Below are positions 8,346 to 22,685 of a stretch of DNA of 64,000 nt, one piece after another. Within the stretch, counting starts at the first letter, position 1, and the number at the start of each line of letters is the position of its first letter. The stretch covers positions 864,001-928,000 of the forward strand of contig CAWFFU010000003.1 in assembly GCA_963815215.1 (NCBI GenBank). Reading direction: 5' to 3'. Source of the DNA: an uncultured Trueperaceae bacterium (GTDB lineage: Bacteria; Deinococcota; Deinococci; Deinococcales; Trueperaceae). Below the pieces are notes generated by a model. That model was not told the origin of the DNA. It did not search any database and worked only from the letters and a program-made list of their open reading frames with translations. A program made the position numbers and the translations under genes.

Positions 8346-9389
8346 GTGATAGACGAGCAGCGTAGGAAGGCCCTGGATACTGCTATCTCGCAGATCGAGC
8401 GTCAGTTTGGTAAGGGCGCGGTGATGCGTTTGGGGGAGGAGCAGGTTCGGTTGTTGGGGGCGGGTGTGATTTCGACGGGGTCGTTGTCGGTGGATCTGGC
8501 GTTGGGGGTGGGGGGTGTGCCTCGGGGTCGGGTGGTGGAGGTGTATGGGCCTGAGGCTGGGGGGAAGACGACGTTGGCGTTGCATGTGGTGGCGGAGGCG
8601 CAGGCGGCGGGGGGTGTGGCGGCGTTCGTGGATGCGGAGCATGCGTTGGATCCGTCGTATGCGCGGGCGTTGGGGGTGGATATCGAGCAGTTGTTGGTGA
8701 GCCAGCCGGATTCGGGGGAGCAGGCGTTGGAGATCGTGGAGTTGTTGGTGCGGTCGGGCGCGGTGGATGTGGTGGTGATCGATAGTGTGGCGGCGTTGAC
8801 GCCGCGCGCGGAGCTCGAGGGTGAGATGGGGGACGCGCATGTGGGGTTGCAGGCGCGGTTGATGAGTCAGGCGTTGCGGAAGTTGACGGCGGTGTTGTCG
8901 AAGAGTCGGTCGACGGCGATTTTCATCAATCAGGTGCGGGAGAAGATCGGGGTGTTGTACGGCAATCCGGAGGTGACGCCGGGGGGGCGGGCGTTGAAGT
9001 TCTATGCGAGTGTGCGTATGGAGGTGCGGCGTAAGGGGGATGTGAAGGTGGGCGCGGAGAAGGTGGGGAACCGCGTGCGGGTGAAGGTGACGAAGAACAA
9101 GGTGGCGCCGCCTTTTCGGGAGGCGGAGGTGGAGATCATGTTCGGTCGGGGGATCGATCGGGTGGGGGATCTGGTGAATGTGGCGAGTGATGTGGAGGTG
9201 GTGCAGAAGTCGGGGTCGTGGTACTCGTTCGGGGAGACGCGGTTGGGGCAGGGCAAGGAGAAGACGGTTGAGTTCCTGAGCCAGAACCCGGACGTCCTCA
9301 AGGACATCCGAGAACGCGTCATGGATGAGCTGAAACGAGGCGGCCGCGCTCCCGGCGCCGGCCCCTCAGGCGAGGACGGTGAAGCGTGA
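8346..9389 (+). CDS. recA: Recombinase RecA
   Basis: [46 protein letters not shown] and KNKVAPPF motifs; start GTG 8346 (alternative 8310). Confidence 0.98.
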   Translation: MIDEQRRKALDTAISQIERQFGKGAVMRLGEEQVRLLGAGVISTGSLSVDLALGVGGVPRGRVVEVYGPEAGGKTTLALHVVAEAQAAGGVAAFVDAEHALDPSYARALGVDIEQLLVSQPDSGEQALEIVELLVRSGAVDVVVIDSVAALTPRAELEGEMGDAHVGLQARLMSQALRKLTAVLSKSRSTAIFINQVREKIGVLYGNPEVTPGGRALKFYASVRMEVRRKGDVKVGAEKVGNRVRVKVTKNKVAPPFREAEVEIMFGRGIDRVGDLVNVASDVEVVQKSGSWYSFGETRLGQGKEKTVEFLSQNPDVLKDIRERVMDELKRGGRAPGAGPSGEDGEA

Positions 9390-11056
9390 GCGCGCTGGTC
9401 TGGATCCTACTCATCGTCGTTGCCGCAGTCGCCGGCCTGCTGGTGGGGGTCACGACGCGGCGCAACCGCGAGGCGGACATCGCCCGGCAGGCCGAGGAAG
9501 CGGCGGCCGCCCGGCTCGCCGAGGCCGATCAGGAGGCGCAGCGCGTCCTCGACAAGGCGAGCCGTGAGGTGCAACAACGGGCCGCCGGCGAGCGCCAGCG
9601 CTGGGAGGACGAGGAGCGTCGCTCCCGCACCCGGCTCGAAGAGGACCTCGCCCGTGCGCGTCAGCTGGCCGATCAGGATATCGCCCGCGCGCGCGAGGAT
9701 GTCGACCGGGAACGCAACGAGATCAAAGGCGCGCGCGAGGACATGCGGCGCGACCGTGAGAAGATCGAGCAGCTCGAGGAACGGCTCAACCGTCGCGGCG
9801 AGCAGCAGGACGCCCGGGCAGTGCGTCTCGACGAGACCGAGGAGCGTCTGGACACCCGTGAGGCCGACCTGCGCGCACGCGACGAAGCGCTGGCGGCTCG
9901 TCAGTCCGAGGTGGACACGCAGCTCCACGAGATCGCGCAACTCAGCCGCGAGCAGGCCGCGGAGATGATCCTGGAACGCGTGGAACGCGAGCTCGAGCGC
10001 GAGAAGGCGGTCCGCGTACGGGCGGCGCTCGAACGCGCCGACGCCGAGTCCAAGCGCAAGTCCTACGACATCGTGGCGCAGGCCATCCAACGCAGCGCCT
10101 CCGAGGTCTCCGCCGCCATCAGCGTCTCGGTGGTTCCGATCCCCAGCGACGCCATGAAGGGGCGCATCATCGGTCGCGAGGGCCGCAACATCCGGGCGTT
10201 CGAAGCGCTCACCGGCGTCGATCTGATCATCGACGACACCCCCGAAGCGGTGCTCCTGTCGAGCTTCAACCCGCTGCGGCGCGAGGTCGCCACGCTAGCC
10301 CTCAGCGAGTTGGTGGCCGACGGCCGCATCCACCCCGCGCGCATCGAGGAGGTCGTTCAGAAGGCCCAGCAGGACATGCAGGCCTACATCCGCGAACGCG
10401 GCGACGAGGCCGCGCTGGAGACCAACGTGGTGGGGCTCAAGCCCGGCCTGTTGCAGCTCCTGGGGCGCATGCACTTCCGTACCAGCTACGGCCAGAACAT
10501 CCTCAAGCACTCCGTGCAGGTGGGGCACCTGACCGGCATCATCGCCTCCGAGCTGGGTCTCGACGCGGCCATGGCGCGGCGAGCCGGGTTGCTGCACGAC
10601 ATCGGGAAGTCGATCGACCGCGAGATCGAGGGGACGCACACCGAGATCGGTGCCAACCTGGGACGTCGCTTCGGAGAGCCGCGCGAGGTGATCGATGCCA
10701 TGGCGCACCACCACGACCTCGACCAGGCCGAGACCCTCTTCCCCATCATCGTCAACGCGGCCGACGCCATCTCCGCCGCCCGACCGGGTGCCCGCCGCGA
10801 GACGCTCGAGAGCTACCTCAAGCGCCTGGAGGGCCTCGAGAACATCGCGACCAGCTTCCCCGGCGTGGAGAACGCCTACGCCATCCAGGCCGGCCGCGAG
10901 ATCCGCATCATCGTCGAGCCGGACAAGGTCAACGACGCCTCTGCGGTGCTGCTGGCACGCGACATCGCCAACCGGATCGAGCAGGACATGGAGTACCCCG
11001 GTCAGGTGCAGGTGACCGTGGTACGGGAGTCGCGGGCCGTCGAGTACGCGCGCTAG
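9386..11056 (+). CDS. rny: Ribonuclease Y
   Basis: N-terminal TM, coiled coil, KH domain ([12 protein letters not shown]), HD domain (LLHDIGK), ARPGAR. Confidence 0.96.
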   Translation: MSALVWILLIVVAAVAGLLVGVTTRRNREADIARQAEEAAAARLAEADQEAQRVLDKASREVQQRAAGERQRWEDEERRSRTRLEEDLARARQLADQDIARAREDVDRERNEIKGAREDMRRDREKIEQLEERLNRRGEQQDARAVRLDETEERLDTREADLRARDEALAARQSEVDTQLHEIAQLSREQAAEMILERVERELEREKAVRVRAALERADAESKRKSYDIVAQAIQRSASEVSAAISVSVVPIPSDAMKGRIIGREGRNIRAFEALTGVDLIIDDTPEAVLLSSFNPLRREVATLALSELVADGRIHPARIEEVVQKAQQDMQAYIRERGDEAALETNVVGLKPGLLQLLGRMHFRTSYGQNILKHSVQVGHLTGIIASELGLDAAMARRAGLLHDIGKSIDREIEGTHTEIGANLGRRFGEPREVIDAMAHHHDLDQAETLFPIIVNAADAISAARPGARRETLESYLKRLEGLENIATSFPGVENAYAIQAGREIRIIVEPDKVNDASAVLLARDIANRIEQDMEYPGQVQVTVVRESRAVEYAR

Positions 11057-11252
11057 CGGGCGCGCCAACGGGCGCACCCGGGACATTCCGCCATCCCCGT
11101 CGAGGGGCGGGTATACTCTGCCTGGCCGCATGCCCAGGCCGCGAGGCCGCGTTCCTTGCTGCGAGGTGTCCCTTGTTCGCTAGACCGCTCCGACCGTTCC
11201 CCGTGGTCGCCCTGACCGGCACCGGCTCGCCCCTCGACGTCGCCGCTCTACC

Positions 11253-12197
11253 ATGAGGGTCGGCGAGGACGTAAAACTGTTCTGCGGCACCGCCACGCCC
11301 GAGCTGGCGCGAGCCGTGGCCCGACACCTCGACAAGGAGCTCTCGCACGGAACGGTCTCGCAGTTCCCGGACGGCGAGACGCGCATCCGCATCGACGAGT
11401 CGGTGCGCGGCAGCGACAGCTACATCATCCAATCGACCTGCGCGCCGGTGAACCACAACCTGATGGAGTTGCTGGTGCTGGTGGACGCCCTGAGGCGTGC
11501 TTCGGCCTGGCGCATCAACGCCGTCATCCCCTACTTCGGCTACGCCCGTCAGGACAAGAAGGTCCAGGCGCGTGAGCCCATCACCGCCAAGCTGGTGGCC
11601 AACCTGCTGGAGACGGCGGGGGTCGATCGCGTCATCACCATCGACCTCCACGCCGGGCAGATCCAGGGCTTCTTCGACGTTCCGGTCGATCACCTGACGG
11701 CGCTGTCGATCCTCGGCGATCACCTCAAGACCACCGATCTCAGCGGCTCGGTGGTGGTCTCCCCCGACGTCGGGCGCGCGACCGAGGCCCGGCGCCTCGC
11801 GAACCGGCTGAACCTGCCCCTGGCCATGCTCTACAAGCGCCGCACCAGCCCCACCGAGACCGAGGTCACCCACGTCATCGGCGAGGTCGACGGGCTGAGG
11901 CCGATCATGATCGACGACATGATCTCGACGGCGGGGACCATGCGCCGCGGCATCGACGCGCTCCTCAAGCTCGGCGCCGTTCCCGACGTACGCGTGGCGG
12001 CCACGCACGCGGTGTTCACCCCACCGGCGCTCGAGCGTCTGTCACACAGTGCCATCAACCACGTCTATGTGACCGACACGGTGCCCTTCCATGGCGGACA
12101 CGAGTCCGTCGAGGTGCTGAGCGTCGCGCCGCTCCTGGCCAAGGCGATCCGCAACGTCCACGACCACAACTCGGTGAGCTCGCTGTTCACCACCTGA
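11253..12197 (+). CDS. prs: Ribose-phosphate pyrophosphokinase
   Basis: FPDGE, PYFGYARQD, DLHAGQIQGFFD, VSPDVG and IDDMISTAGT motifs. Confidence 0.96.
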   Translation: MRVGEDVKLFCGTATPELARAVARHLDKELSHGTVSQFPDGETRIRIDESVRGSDSYIIQSTCAPVNHNLMELLVLVDALRRASAWRINAVIPYFGYARQDKKVQAREPITAKLVANLLETAGVDRVITIDLHAGQIQGFFDVPVDHLTALSILGDHLKTTDLSGSVVVSPDVGRATEARRLANRLNLPLAMLYKRRTSPTETEVTHVIGEVDGLRPIMIDDMISTAGTMRRGIDALLKLGAVPDVRVAATHAVFTPPALERLSHSAINHVYVTDTVPFHGGHESVEVLSVAPLLAKAIRNVHDHNSVSSLFTT

Positions 12198-12210
12198 CCC
12201 TCGGCGCGCC

Positions 12211-12240
12211 TTTACAGCCGCGGGCGCGACCGAGTATGCT
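12211..12240 (+). promoter_or_regulatory. Sigma70-type promoter upstream of rplY
   Basis: TTTACA-N18-TATGCT. Confidence 0.55.
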
Positions 12241-12450
12241 CGGATGCTGTCGAGTCCCGGAGGTCCGAGCGCCGCGGGGCCGTACGACTGGGTCCGCTCG
12301 ATGGAGCGGGGCGCGGTTCCCGAGAGCGGTCAAGATGCTCAGGGGCCGCCGCACCGCCCGCAACGGCCGCGCCGAAGGCGCCGGCACGCGTGAGACGCCC
12401 CTATCCGGGAGCATGCCGGGCCTGTGCGGCCTGAGCGCGTTGGAGGAAGC

Positions 12451-13095
12451 ATGAAGCTGGAAGCACAGAAACGAAGCATCGGCCACGTCGCCGGCCTGCG
12501 TCGCGAGGGTCGGCTTCCCGCTGTGATGTACAACAGCGGTCTCAACGAGACGGTCAGCGTCGACGGCAAGGCCTTCGACAAGGTGTTCCGCTCGCAGGGC
12601 ACCTCGAGCATCGTCGACCTCGAGGTCGACGGCACCGTACACGCCGTGCTCGTCAAGCAGGTCCAGATGGACAAGCGCCGGCGCGTTCCCATGCACGTCG
12701 ATTTCTACGCCGTCACCGAGGGCCAGGTCGTAGACGTCCACGTCCCGATCGAGATCACGGGCACCGCCAAGGGGATGCGCGAGGGCGGCATGCTCGACGT
12801 GCACCGCCGCGAGATCCACATCGAGGTGATGCCTCGCCTGATCCCCAACCACGTGAGCGTCGACATCACCGAGCTGGAGATCGGCGACAGCATCCACATC
12901 GCCGACGTCGCCTCCCTGCTCCCCGCCGAAGCGCACGTCCTCGACGACCTGGATCGGACGATCCTGACGCTGGTCCCGCCGCGCCTCGCCGAGGAAGAGG
13001 CCGTGGAACCCGAAGAAGGCGCCGCGGAACCCGAACTGATCAGCCGCGGTGGCGAGGACGAGGACGAGGGATCGGAAGACGACGAGCGAGAGTAA
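12451..13095 (+). CDS. rplY: 50S ribosomal protein L25/Ctc
   Basis: LRREGRLPAVMY, HVDFY, LEIGDSIH, acidic tail; RBS GGAGG. Confidence 0.95.
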   Translation: MKLEAQKRSIGHVAGLRREGRLPAVMYNSGLNETVSVDGKAFDKVFRSQGTSSIVDLEVDGTVHAVLVKQVQMDKRRRVPMHVDFYAVTEGQVVDVHVPIEITGTAKGMREGGMLDVHRREIHIEVMPRLIPNHVSVDITELEIGDSIHIADVASLLPAEAHVLDDLDRTILTLVPPRLAEEEAVEPEEGAAEPELISRGGEDEDEGSEDDERE

Positions 13096-13096
13096 C

Positions 13097-13675
13097 GTGC
13101 ACGTCCTGGCGGGCCTCGGCAATCCCGGGCCACGCTATCGAGGTACCCGGCACAACGCCGGGTACCTCGTCTTGGATGAGCTGGCGCGCCGCTGGGGGGC
13201 CCCCTTCCGCCGCGGACGCGCCGCCGACGAGGCCCGAGCGCGCGGACTGCTGCTGCTCAAGCCCCGGACCTTCATGAATCTCTCGGGACGCGCGGTGCAG
13301 GCAGCTCTCACGCGGGCGGGGCTCCCCCCGGCCGAGCTCCTCGTGGTGCACGATGACCTCGACCTACCGCTGGGGCGCTTGCGGCTACGCCGCGGCGGCG
13401 GCGCGGGCGGGCAGCGCGGCGTGCGCGACATCATCGAGCGGCTCGGACCGGACTTCACGCGCCTCAAGCTCGGCATCTCGCGCCCCCCCGAGGGCTGGAC
13501 CGCAGAGCACTGGGTCCTCAGCCGTTTCTCGGAGAACGAGCGCGACGTGCTCGATGCGGTGGTGGGCGCTGCGGCGGATGCGGTCGAGATCCTGCTCGAG
13601 CGCGGCCCCGAAGCCGCCATGAGCCATGCCAACGGCATCGACCTCGCCGCGGACGCGGCCCGAACCGAGGGCTGA
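13097..13675 (+). CDS. pth: Peptidyl-tRNA hydrolase
   Basis: GLGNPG, TRHNAG, KPRTFMNLSG and VVHDDLDLP motifs. Confidence 0.95.
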   Translation: MHVLAGLGNPGPRYRGTRHNAGYLVLDELARRWGAPFRRGRAADEARARGLLLLKPRTFMNLSGRAVQAALTRAGLPPAELLVVHDDLDLPLGRLRLRRGGGAGGQRGVRDIIERLGPDFTRLKLGISRPPEGWTAEHWVLSRFSENERDVLDAVVGAAADAVEILLERGPEAAMSHANGIDLAADAARTEG

Positions 13676-13903
13676 CCCGGCCCCACGCCTGCTGCCGCGA
13701 GGCGTGCAGGGCTCGATCCACGGCTCCCGTCAGGGACGAAAGGATCGACCAGGACCGTCGTCGGGCCAACGCCCACCTCCTTGTCGGAAAATCTCGGACA
13801 ACGCCATATACCCCCGGGGCTAGCGTGGAGCCGTGCGCTTTGTCGACGCGGGAGCCGCCCGCGTCGACTCGACCGTCCGGTTCGCTACGACGAAGGAGGA
13901 ACG

Positions 13904-17568
<3,665 letters not shown>

Positions 17569-17572
<4 letters not shown>

Positions 17573-18594
17573 ACGGCGCCATCGACCTGAGCACCCGCTA
17601 CCTTGGGCTGGACCTCGCGCACCCCCTGGTGCCCTCGGCCTCGCCGCTGTCGCAGACGCTCGACGGCATCCGCCGGATGGAGGACGCCGGAGCCAGCGCA
17701 GTGGTGATGTACTCGCTGTTCGAGGAGCAGATCACACAGGACAGCCTCTCACTCGACCACTACATGAGCTACGGCGCCGAGTCGCACGCCGAGGCCCTCA
17801 GTTACTTCCCCGAGCCCGAGTCCTACAACGTGGGGCCTGATGGCTACCTGGAGCTCATCCGCGACGCCAAGGCGTCGGTGGACATCCCCATCATCGGCAG
17901 CCTCAACGGGGCCTCGCCGGGCGGCTGGACGCACTACGCCAAGCTCATCCAGGAAGCCGGCGCGGACGCCTTGGAGTTGAACATCTACCACGTCGCCACC
18001 GATCCCTCGATGACCGGCGACGATGTCGAACGCCTCTACCTCGACGTGCTCCGCGACGTGCGCGAGATGGTCACCATCCCGCTGGCGGTGAAGCTGAGCC
18101 CGTACTTCAGCAGCATGGCCCACATGGCGCAGCGCCTGGCGCGCTCGGGCGCCGACGGCCTGGTGCTGTTCAACCGCTTCTACCAGCCCGACTTCGACCT
18201 GGAGAGCCTAGAGGTGGGCCCCCATCTGGTGTTGTCGGACTCGGACGAGCTGCGCCTGCCATTGCGCTGGATCGCCATCCTCTACGGCCGCATCCAGACC
18301 GATTTCGCGCTCACCAGCGGGGTGCACACCCACTTCGACGCGCTCAAGGGCGTGATGGCCGGCTCCGCGGTGACCATGCTGGCCTCCGAACTGCTGAAGA
18401 GCGGCATCTGGCGCATCACCGACATCCTGGAGGACATGAAGGCCTGGATGACGGAGCGCGAGTATGCCTCGGTAGCACAGATGCGCGGGAGCATGAGCCA
18501 GCAGAACGTCACCGACGCGGCCGCCTTCGAGCGCGCCAACTACATGCGGACCCTTCAGTCGTTCCGCCTCGACCCTACCGGCCTGTTGGTCTGA
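17569..18594 (+). CDS. Dihydroorotate dehydrogenase-like flavoprotein
   Basis: [17 protein letters not shown] and [11 protein letters not shown] motifs; ATGA overlap with nifJ. Confidence 0.85.
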
Positions 18595-18623
18595 GCTCGG
18601 GCGCGCGAACGACGGCAGCCACA

Positions 18624-18661
18624 GGCGGCCGGGGCCTTCTAGGAGGGGCGCCCCGGCCGCC
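18624..18661. terminator. Hairpin between convergent operons
   Basis: GGCGGCCGGGGC...GCCCCGGCCGCC inverted repeat. Confidence 0.5.
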
Positions 18662-18691
18662 ATCCGTTGGACCCGTTCCGGGGGTGCTGAC

Positions 18692-19492
18692 TCAGCCGAA
18701 GTGGCCGGAGATATAGCGCTCGGTCAGGTCTTCCTGGGGCCGGGTGAAGATCTGGTCGGTCGGCCCCTGCTCGATGAGCTCTCCGAGGTGCATGAAGGCC
18801 GTCCAATCGGAGACGCGCCCTGCCTGCTGCATGTTGTGGGTCACGATCACGATCGTCACCGCCTGCTTCAGTTCGGCCAGCAGCTCCTCGATGCGCGCCG
18901 TGGCCTGGGGGTCGAGCGCGCTCGTCGGCTCGTCCATCAGCAGCACCGCCGGGTCGACGGCCAGCGAGCGCGCGATGCACAGGCGCTGCTGCTGCCCGCC
19001 GGAGAGACCGGTAGCCGGCGTGTGCAGTCGATCCTTCACCTCGTCCCAGAGCGCCGCCTGTCGCAGCGAGCGCTCCACCACCTCGTCGAGTTCAGCCCGG
19101 CGATGGCGCCCGGCGAGCTTGAGCCCCGCCACCACGTTGTCGTAGACCGTCATGGTCGGGAACGGGTTGGGCTTCTGGAAGACCATGCCGATCACGCGCC
19201 GCACCGCCACCGGGTCCACCGAGCGTTCGTAGATGTCCTGCCCCTCGAACAGCACCCGGCCTTCGACGCGCGCGCCCTTGGTCAGGTCGTGCATGCGGTT
19301 GAGCGAGCGCAGCAGGGTCGTCTTCCCACACCCGGACGCCCCGATGAGCGCGGTCACCGAGTTCGGGCGCACGGCCATCGACACGCCCTTCACCGCTCGG
19401 GTGGCGTCGTAGTAGATGTTCACGTCGTGCAGATCGAGGACGGGATCCACCGGCGTCTGGGAAGCCTCGGCCCCGGCAGCATTGAGCGTCAT
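18692..19492 (-). CDS. pstB: Phosphate ABC transporter ATPase
   Basis: [38 protein letters not shown]. Confidence 0.95.
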   Translation of the reverse strand: MTLNAAGAEASQTPVDPVLDLHDVNIYYDATRAVKGVSMAVRPNSVTALIGASGCGKTTLLRSLNRMHDLTKGARVEGRVLFEGQDIYERSVDPVAVRRVIGMVFQKPNPFPTMTVYDNVVAGLKLAGRHRRAELDEVVERSLRQAALWDEVKDRLHTPATGLSGGQQQRLCIARSLAVDPAVLLMDEPTSALDPQATARIEELLAELKQAVTIVIVTHNMQQAGRVSDWTAFMHLGELIEQGPTDQIFTRPQEDLTERYISGHFG

Positions 19493-20352
19493 CGTGCCCT
19501 CCTAGCGAACACGAACCTCGTCAGCGCCGTGGTGACCAGCACGAAGACCACCAGCACCAGCGACGAGGCCGAGGCGATCCGGTGCCACGAATCGTAGGGG
19601 CTGATCGAGTAGGTGTAGATCACCAGCGGCAGCGCCGCCATCGGCTTGAGCGGATCGAAGTTCCAGTACTGGTTGCCGAAGGCCGTGAAGAGCAGCGGCG
19701 CGGCCTCGCCCGCGACCCGGGCCATGGCCAGCATCGCGCCGGTGACGATCCCGGATGCGGCGCTGGGGATCACCACCGAGACGATCACACGCCAGCGCGG
19801 CAACCCGAGCGCGAAGCCCGCCTCACGCACCGTGCGGGGCACGAGCCGCATCACCTCGTCGGTGGCGCGTACCACGTAGGGGATCATGATCAATCCCAGC
19901 GAGACGCCGCCCGACAGCCCGTTGAAGTGGTGCAACGGCACCACGATCAGGGCGTAGGCCACCAGCCCCATGACGATGGCCGGGATGCCGATGAGCGCGT
20001 CGGACAGCAGCCGCACGGTGGGAACCAGCGGGTGCCCGGGATACTCGGCGACGAACACGCCCGTGCCGATGCCGATGACCAGGCCGATGGCGCTGGCGAT
20101 CAGCAGGAGCTCGAGCGTGCCTGCGATGGCGTGCGCCACGCCGCCACCGGGCTCGCCGGCCGGGGCGGGGAGCTGCGTGAAGAACGCGAGGTCGAGCGAG
20201 CCGATGCCCCGGCCCACGAGATAGATCAGGACCAGGACCAGCGGCGTCAGCACGATGACGGCAGAGAGCGCAACCAGCCCAGTCGCGACACCATTGACGA
20301 GCCGGCGCCGGCCGCGGCCCCGGCCGCCCTGTCGCAGGCGTTCGGCGACCAT
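19489..20352 (-). CDS. pstA: Phosphate ABC transporter permease
   Basis: TM helices, [10 protein letters not shown]; operon context; ATG 20352 overlaps the pstC stop. Confidence 0.92.
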   Translation of the reverse strand: MVAERLRQGGRGRGRRRLVNGVATGLVALSAVIVLTPLVLVLIYLVGRGIGSLDLAFFTQLPAPAGEPGGGVAHAIAGTLELLLIASAIGLVIGIGTGVFVAEYPGHPLVPTVRLLSDALIGIPAIVMGLVAYALIVVPLHHFNGLSGGVSLGLIMIPYVVRATDEVMRLVPRTVREAGFALGLPRWRVIVSVVIPSAASGIVTGAMLAMARVAGEAAPLLFTAFGNQYWNFDPLKPMAALPLVIYTYSISPYDSWHRIASASSLVLVVFVLVTTALTRFVFARRAR

Positions 20353-21335
20353 CAGCCGATCCCCCTGGGCGTGAGACGATGGATGAGCACCCGGGCCACG
20401 ATGTTGACCACGATCGTCAGCAAGAACAGCAGCAGGCCCACCAGGATCAGGCTGGAGAGGTGGGGACCGGCGGCGGCCTCCGTGAACTCGTTGGCGATCA
20501 CGCTCGCCATCGTGGCTGTCTGACCGAACAGGCCGTCTACCACGGCGGTCCGGTTGCCGATGACCATGGTGACCGCCATCGTCTCCCCGAGCGCGCGCCC
20601 GAGGCTCAGCAGCACCCCGCCGAGGATGCCGGCGCGGGCGTAGGGCAGCACCGCGTGACGCATCACCTCCCAGCGGGTCGCGCCGAGGGCGTACGCGGCC
20701 TCGCGCTGGTCCTGCGGCACCAGACGCAGCACGTCCCGCGACACGGACGCCGTGAACGGGATGATCATGACGGTGAGGATGAGGATGGCCGTGAACAGGC
20801 CGAGGCCCGTCGGGGTGCTCCGCAGGAAGCCGATCGACCGCAGGGCCGGGTTCATGAAGATGGCGATCTGGATGGAGCGCACCACGGGCGCCAGCACGAA
20901 GATGCCCCAGAAGCCGTAGACCACGCTGGGGATGGCGGCGAGGAGCTCGACCAGGTAGCTCACGGGCTCCGCCAGCCAGGTGGGCGCGTACTCGCTGACG
21001 AACAGGGCCGAGCCGACCGCCAGAGGCACCGCCAGCAGCAGTGCTCCGAAGCTCGTCACCAGCGTCCCGACGATGAACGGCAACGCCCCGAACTGCTGAT
21101 GGACCGGATCCCACGTCGTTCCCACCAGGAACCCCAGACCGTACCGCCTCAGCGCCGGCTCGCCCCCGAGGAACAGCTCCAGCGCCGCCAGCCCCGTGAT
21201 GACGAGGATGCTGCCGCCCAGCAGCAGCACGATGGCGTCGAACAGACGGTCGCCCGCCGGCAACGCGCGCGTGCGGCGCTGCAGCGAACGTCGAGCGCTC
21301 GCCGGAGGTGGGGGGGTGAGACGGGGACGGTCCAT
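20352..21335 (-). CDS. pstC: Phosphate ABC transporter permease
   Basis: LAAIPSVVYGFWG and LGRALGETMAV motifs; start approximate. Confidence 0.92.
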   Translation of the reverse strand: MDRPRLTPPPPASARRSLQRRTRALPAGDRLFDAIVLLLGGSILVITGLAALELFLGGEPALRRYGLGFLVGTTWDPVHQQFGALPFIVGTLVTSFGALLLAVPLAVGSALFVSEYAPTWLAEPVSYLVELLAAIPSVVYGFWGIFVLAPVVRSIQIAIFMNPALRSIGFLRSTPTGLGLFTAILILTVMIIPFTASVSRDVLRLVPQDQREAAYALGATRWEVMRHAVLPYARAGILGGVLLSLGRALGETMAVTMVIGNRTAVVDGLFGQTATMASVIANEFTEAAAGPHLSSLILVGLLLFLLTIVVNIVARVLIHRLTPRGIG

Positions 21336-21536
21336 GGCGGTGGCGGGGCGGGGGCTCGCGGACCCGCGCTCCCCTAAGGCTACCCCGAGTCCCGGTCTCT
21401 CGCGACGCCCCCTCCGGGCGGACGGTCGCATGAGGCCCGGGATGCGCTCGGGACGGCTGCCGGCACGGAGCGGGGCGGAGGTCGCGCCGAGTCCGGTGCG
21501 ACCTCCGCCCCTGCCGACCGGCGGCCGGGGAGGGCC

Positions 21537-22598
21537 TCAGTTCAGAGGCTGGCCCTTGTAGGTCAGCTTCGCGAGCTGCTGGGCGTCGAAGTCCTGGACG
21601 CGCTTGGGCAGCGCCCCGTACTCCAGGGCGGCGCTGTACTGCTGTCCCTTGGTGCTCATCCAGGACACCAGGGTCACGACCTGCTTGGCCTGCGCCTGCG
21701 AGTCGGTGGTGAGGCTCATGTCCTGGTACAGCAGGACGTACGTGTAGGTGGCGATCGGGTAGCCCTGCGCCGCGGAGGTGTTGGTGATGTCGAAGCGACC
21801 GTCGGAAGGCACGGGCACGTCACCGGCGACCGAGGTGCTGTCCAGGCTCGGCACCACGAAATTACCGCTGGCGTTCTTCAGCGTGGCGAAGGGCATGTCG
21901 TTCTGCAGGGCGTAGATCAGCTCGACGTAGCCGATGGAGCCGGGGATCTGCTTCACCAGGCCGGCGACGCCCTGGTTACCCTTGCCGCCGGATCCGACCG
22001 GCCAGTTCACGGCCTTGTCGGTACCGACCTGCTGCTTCCAGGTGGCCGAGACCTTGGAGAGATAGTCGGTGAAGGTGTAGGTGGTGCCGGAGCCGTCGGA
22101 ACGGTGGGCGACCGAGATCGGGAGGTTGGGCAGGCTCACGCCGGGGTTGAGCGCCGCGATGGCCGGGTCGTTCCAGTTGGTGATCTTGCCCAGATAGATG
22201 TCGGCGATGACCTGACCATCGAACCTGAGGGGCTTCGAGGGAGCCTTCGCGATGGGCGCCCAGTTGTAGGTCATCACGACCGCTCCCAGCGCCATGGGAA
22301 GGTGCAACACGGGCGCACCGGCCTTGGCCTGGAACTCGGAGAGTTGCTGGTCGCTGAGGGGCGCGTCGGACGCAGCGAAGTTCACGGTACGGGCGAGAAG
22401 CTGCTGCTGGCCGCCACCGGATCCGATCGCCTGGTAGTTCACCTTGACTCCGGTCTGCTGAGCGTAGACGCTGAACATCTTCGAGTACAGGGGGAACGGG
22501 AACGTGGCGCCGGCGCCCGTGAGGGATTGGGCGGCCGCCATCGAGAAGACCGACAGGATCATCGCTGAGAACAGCCAAAGGGTGCGTCGCTTGGACAT
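21537..22598 (-). CDS. pstS: Phosphate ABC transporter substrate-binding protein
   Basis: GAGATFP, IGSGGG and HRSDGSGTT motifs; signal peptide. Confidence 0.95.
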   Translation of the reverse strand: MSKRRTLWLFSAMILSVFSMAAAQSLTGAGATFPFPLYSKMFSVYAQQTGVKVNYQAIGSGGGQQQLLARTVNFAASDAPLSDQQLSEFQAKAGAPVLHLPMALGAVVMTYNWAPIAKAPSKPLRFDGQVIADIYLGKITNWNDPAIAALNPGVSLPNLPISVAHRSDGSGTTYTFTDYLSKVSATWKQQVGTDKAVNWPVGSGGKGNQGVAGLVKQIPGSIGYVELIYALQNDMPFATLKNASGNFVVPSLDSTSVAGDVPVPSDGRFDITNTSAAQGYPIATYTYVLLYQDMSLTTDSQAQAKQVVTLVSWMSTKGQQYSAALEYGALPKRVQDFDAQQLAKLTYKGQPLN

Positions 22599-22616
22599 AG
22601 ATCAACCTCCGCGATG

Positions 22617-22648
22617 AGCCTACGGTCGGCGTGTCAGCACCGTGTCAG
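22617..22648 (-). promoter_or_regulatory. pstS promoter with pho-box-like direct repeats
   Basis: CTGACACG twice at 11-bp spacing, upstream of a TAGGCT -10 box. Confidence 0.5.
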
Positions 22649-22685
22649 GTCGGCCAGGCTCACGAACGCCCGTACCCAGGAACGC

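Noticed and set aside
8256..8840. His/Arg/Pro-rich antisense ORF opposite recA
   Set aside because: Shadow of the G/T-skewed recA codons; no independent coding evidence
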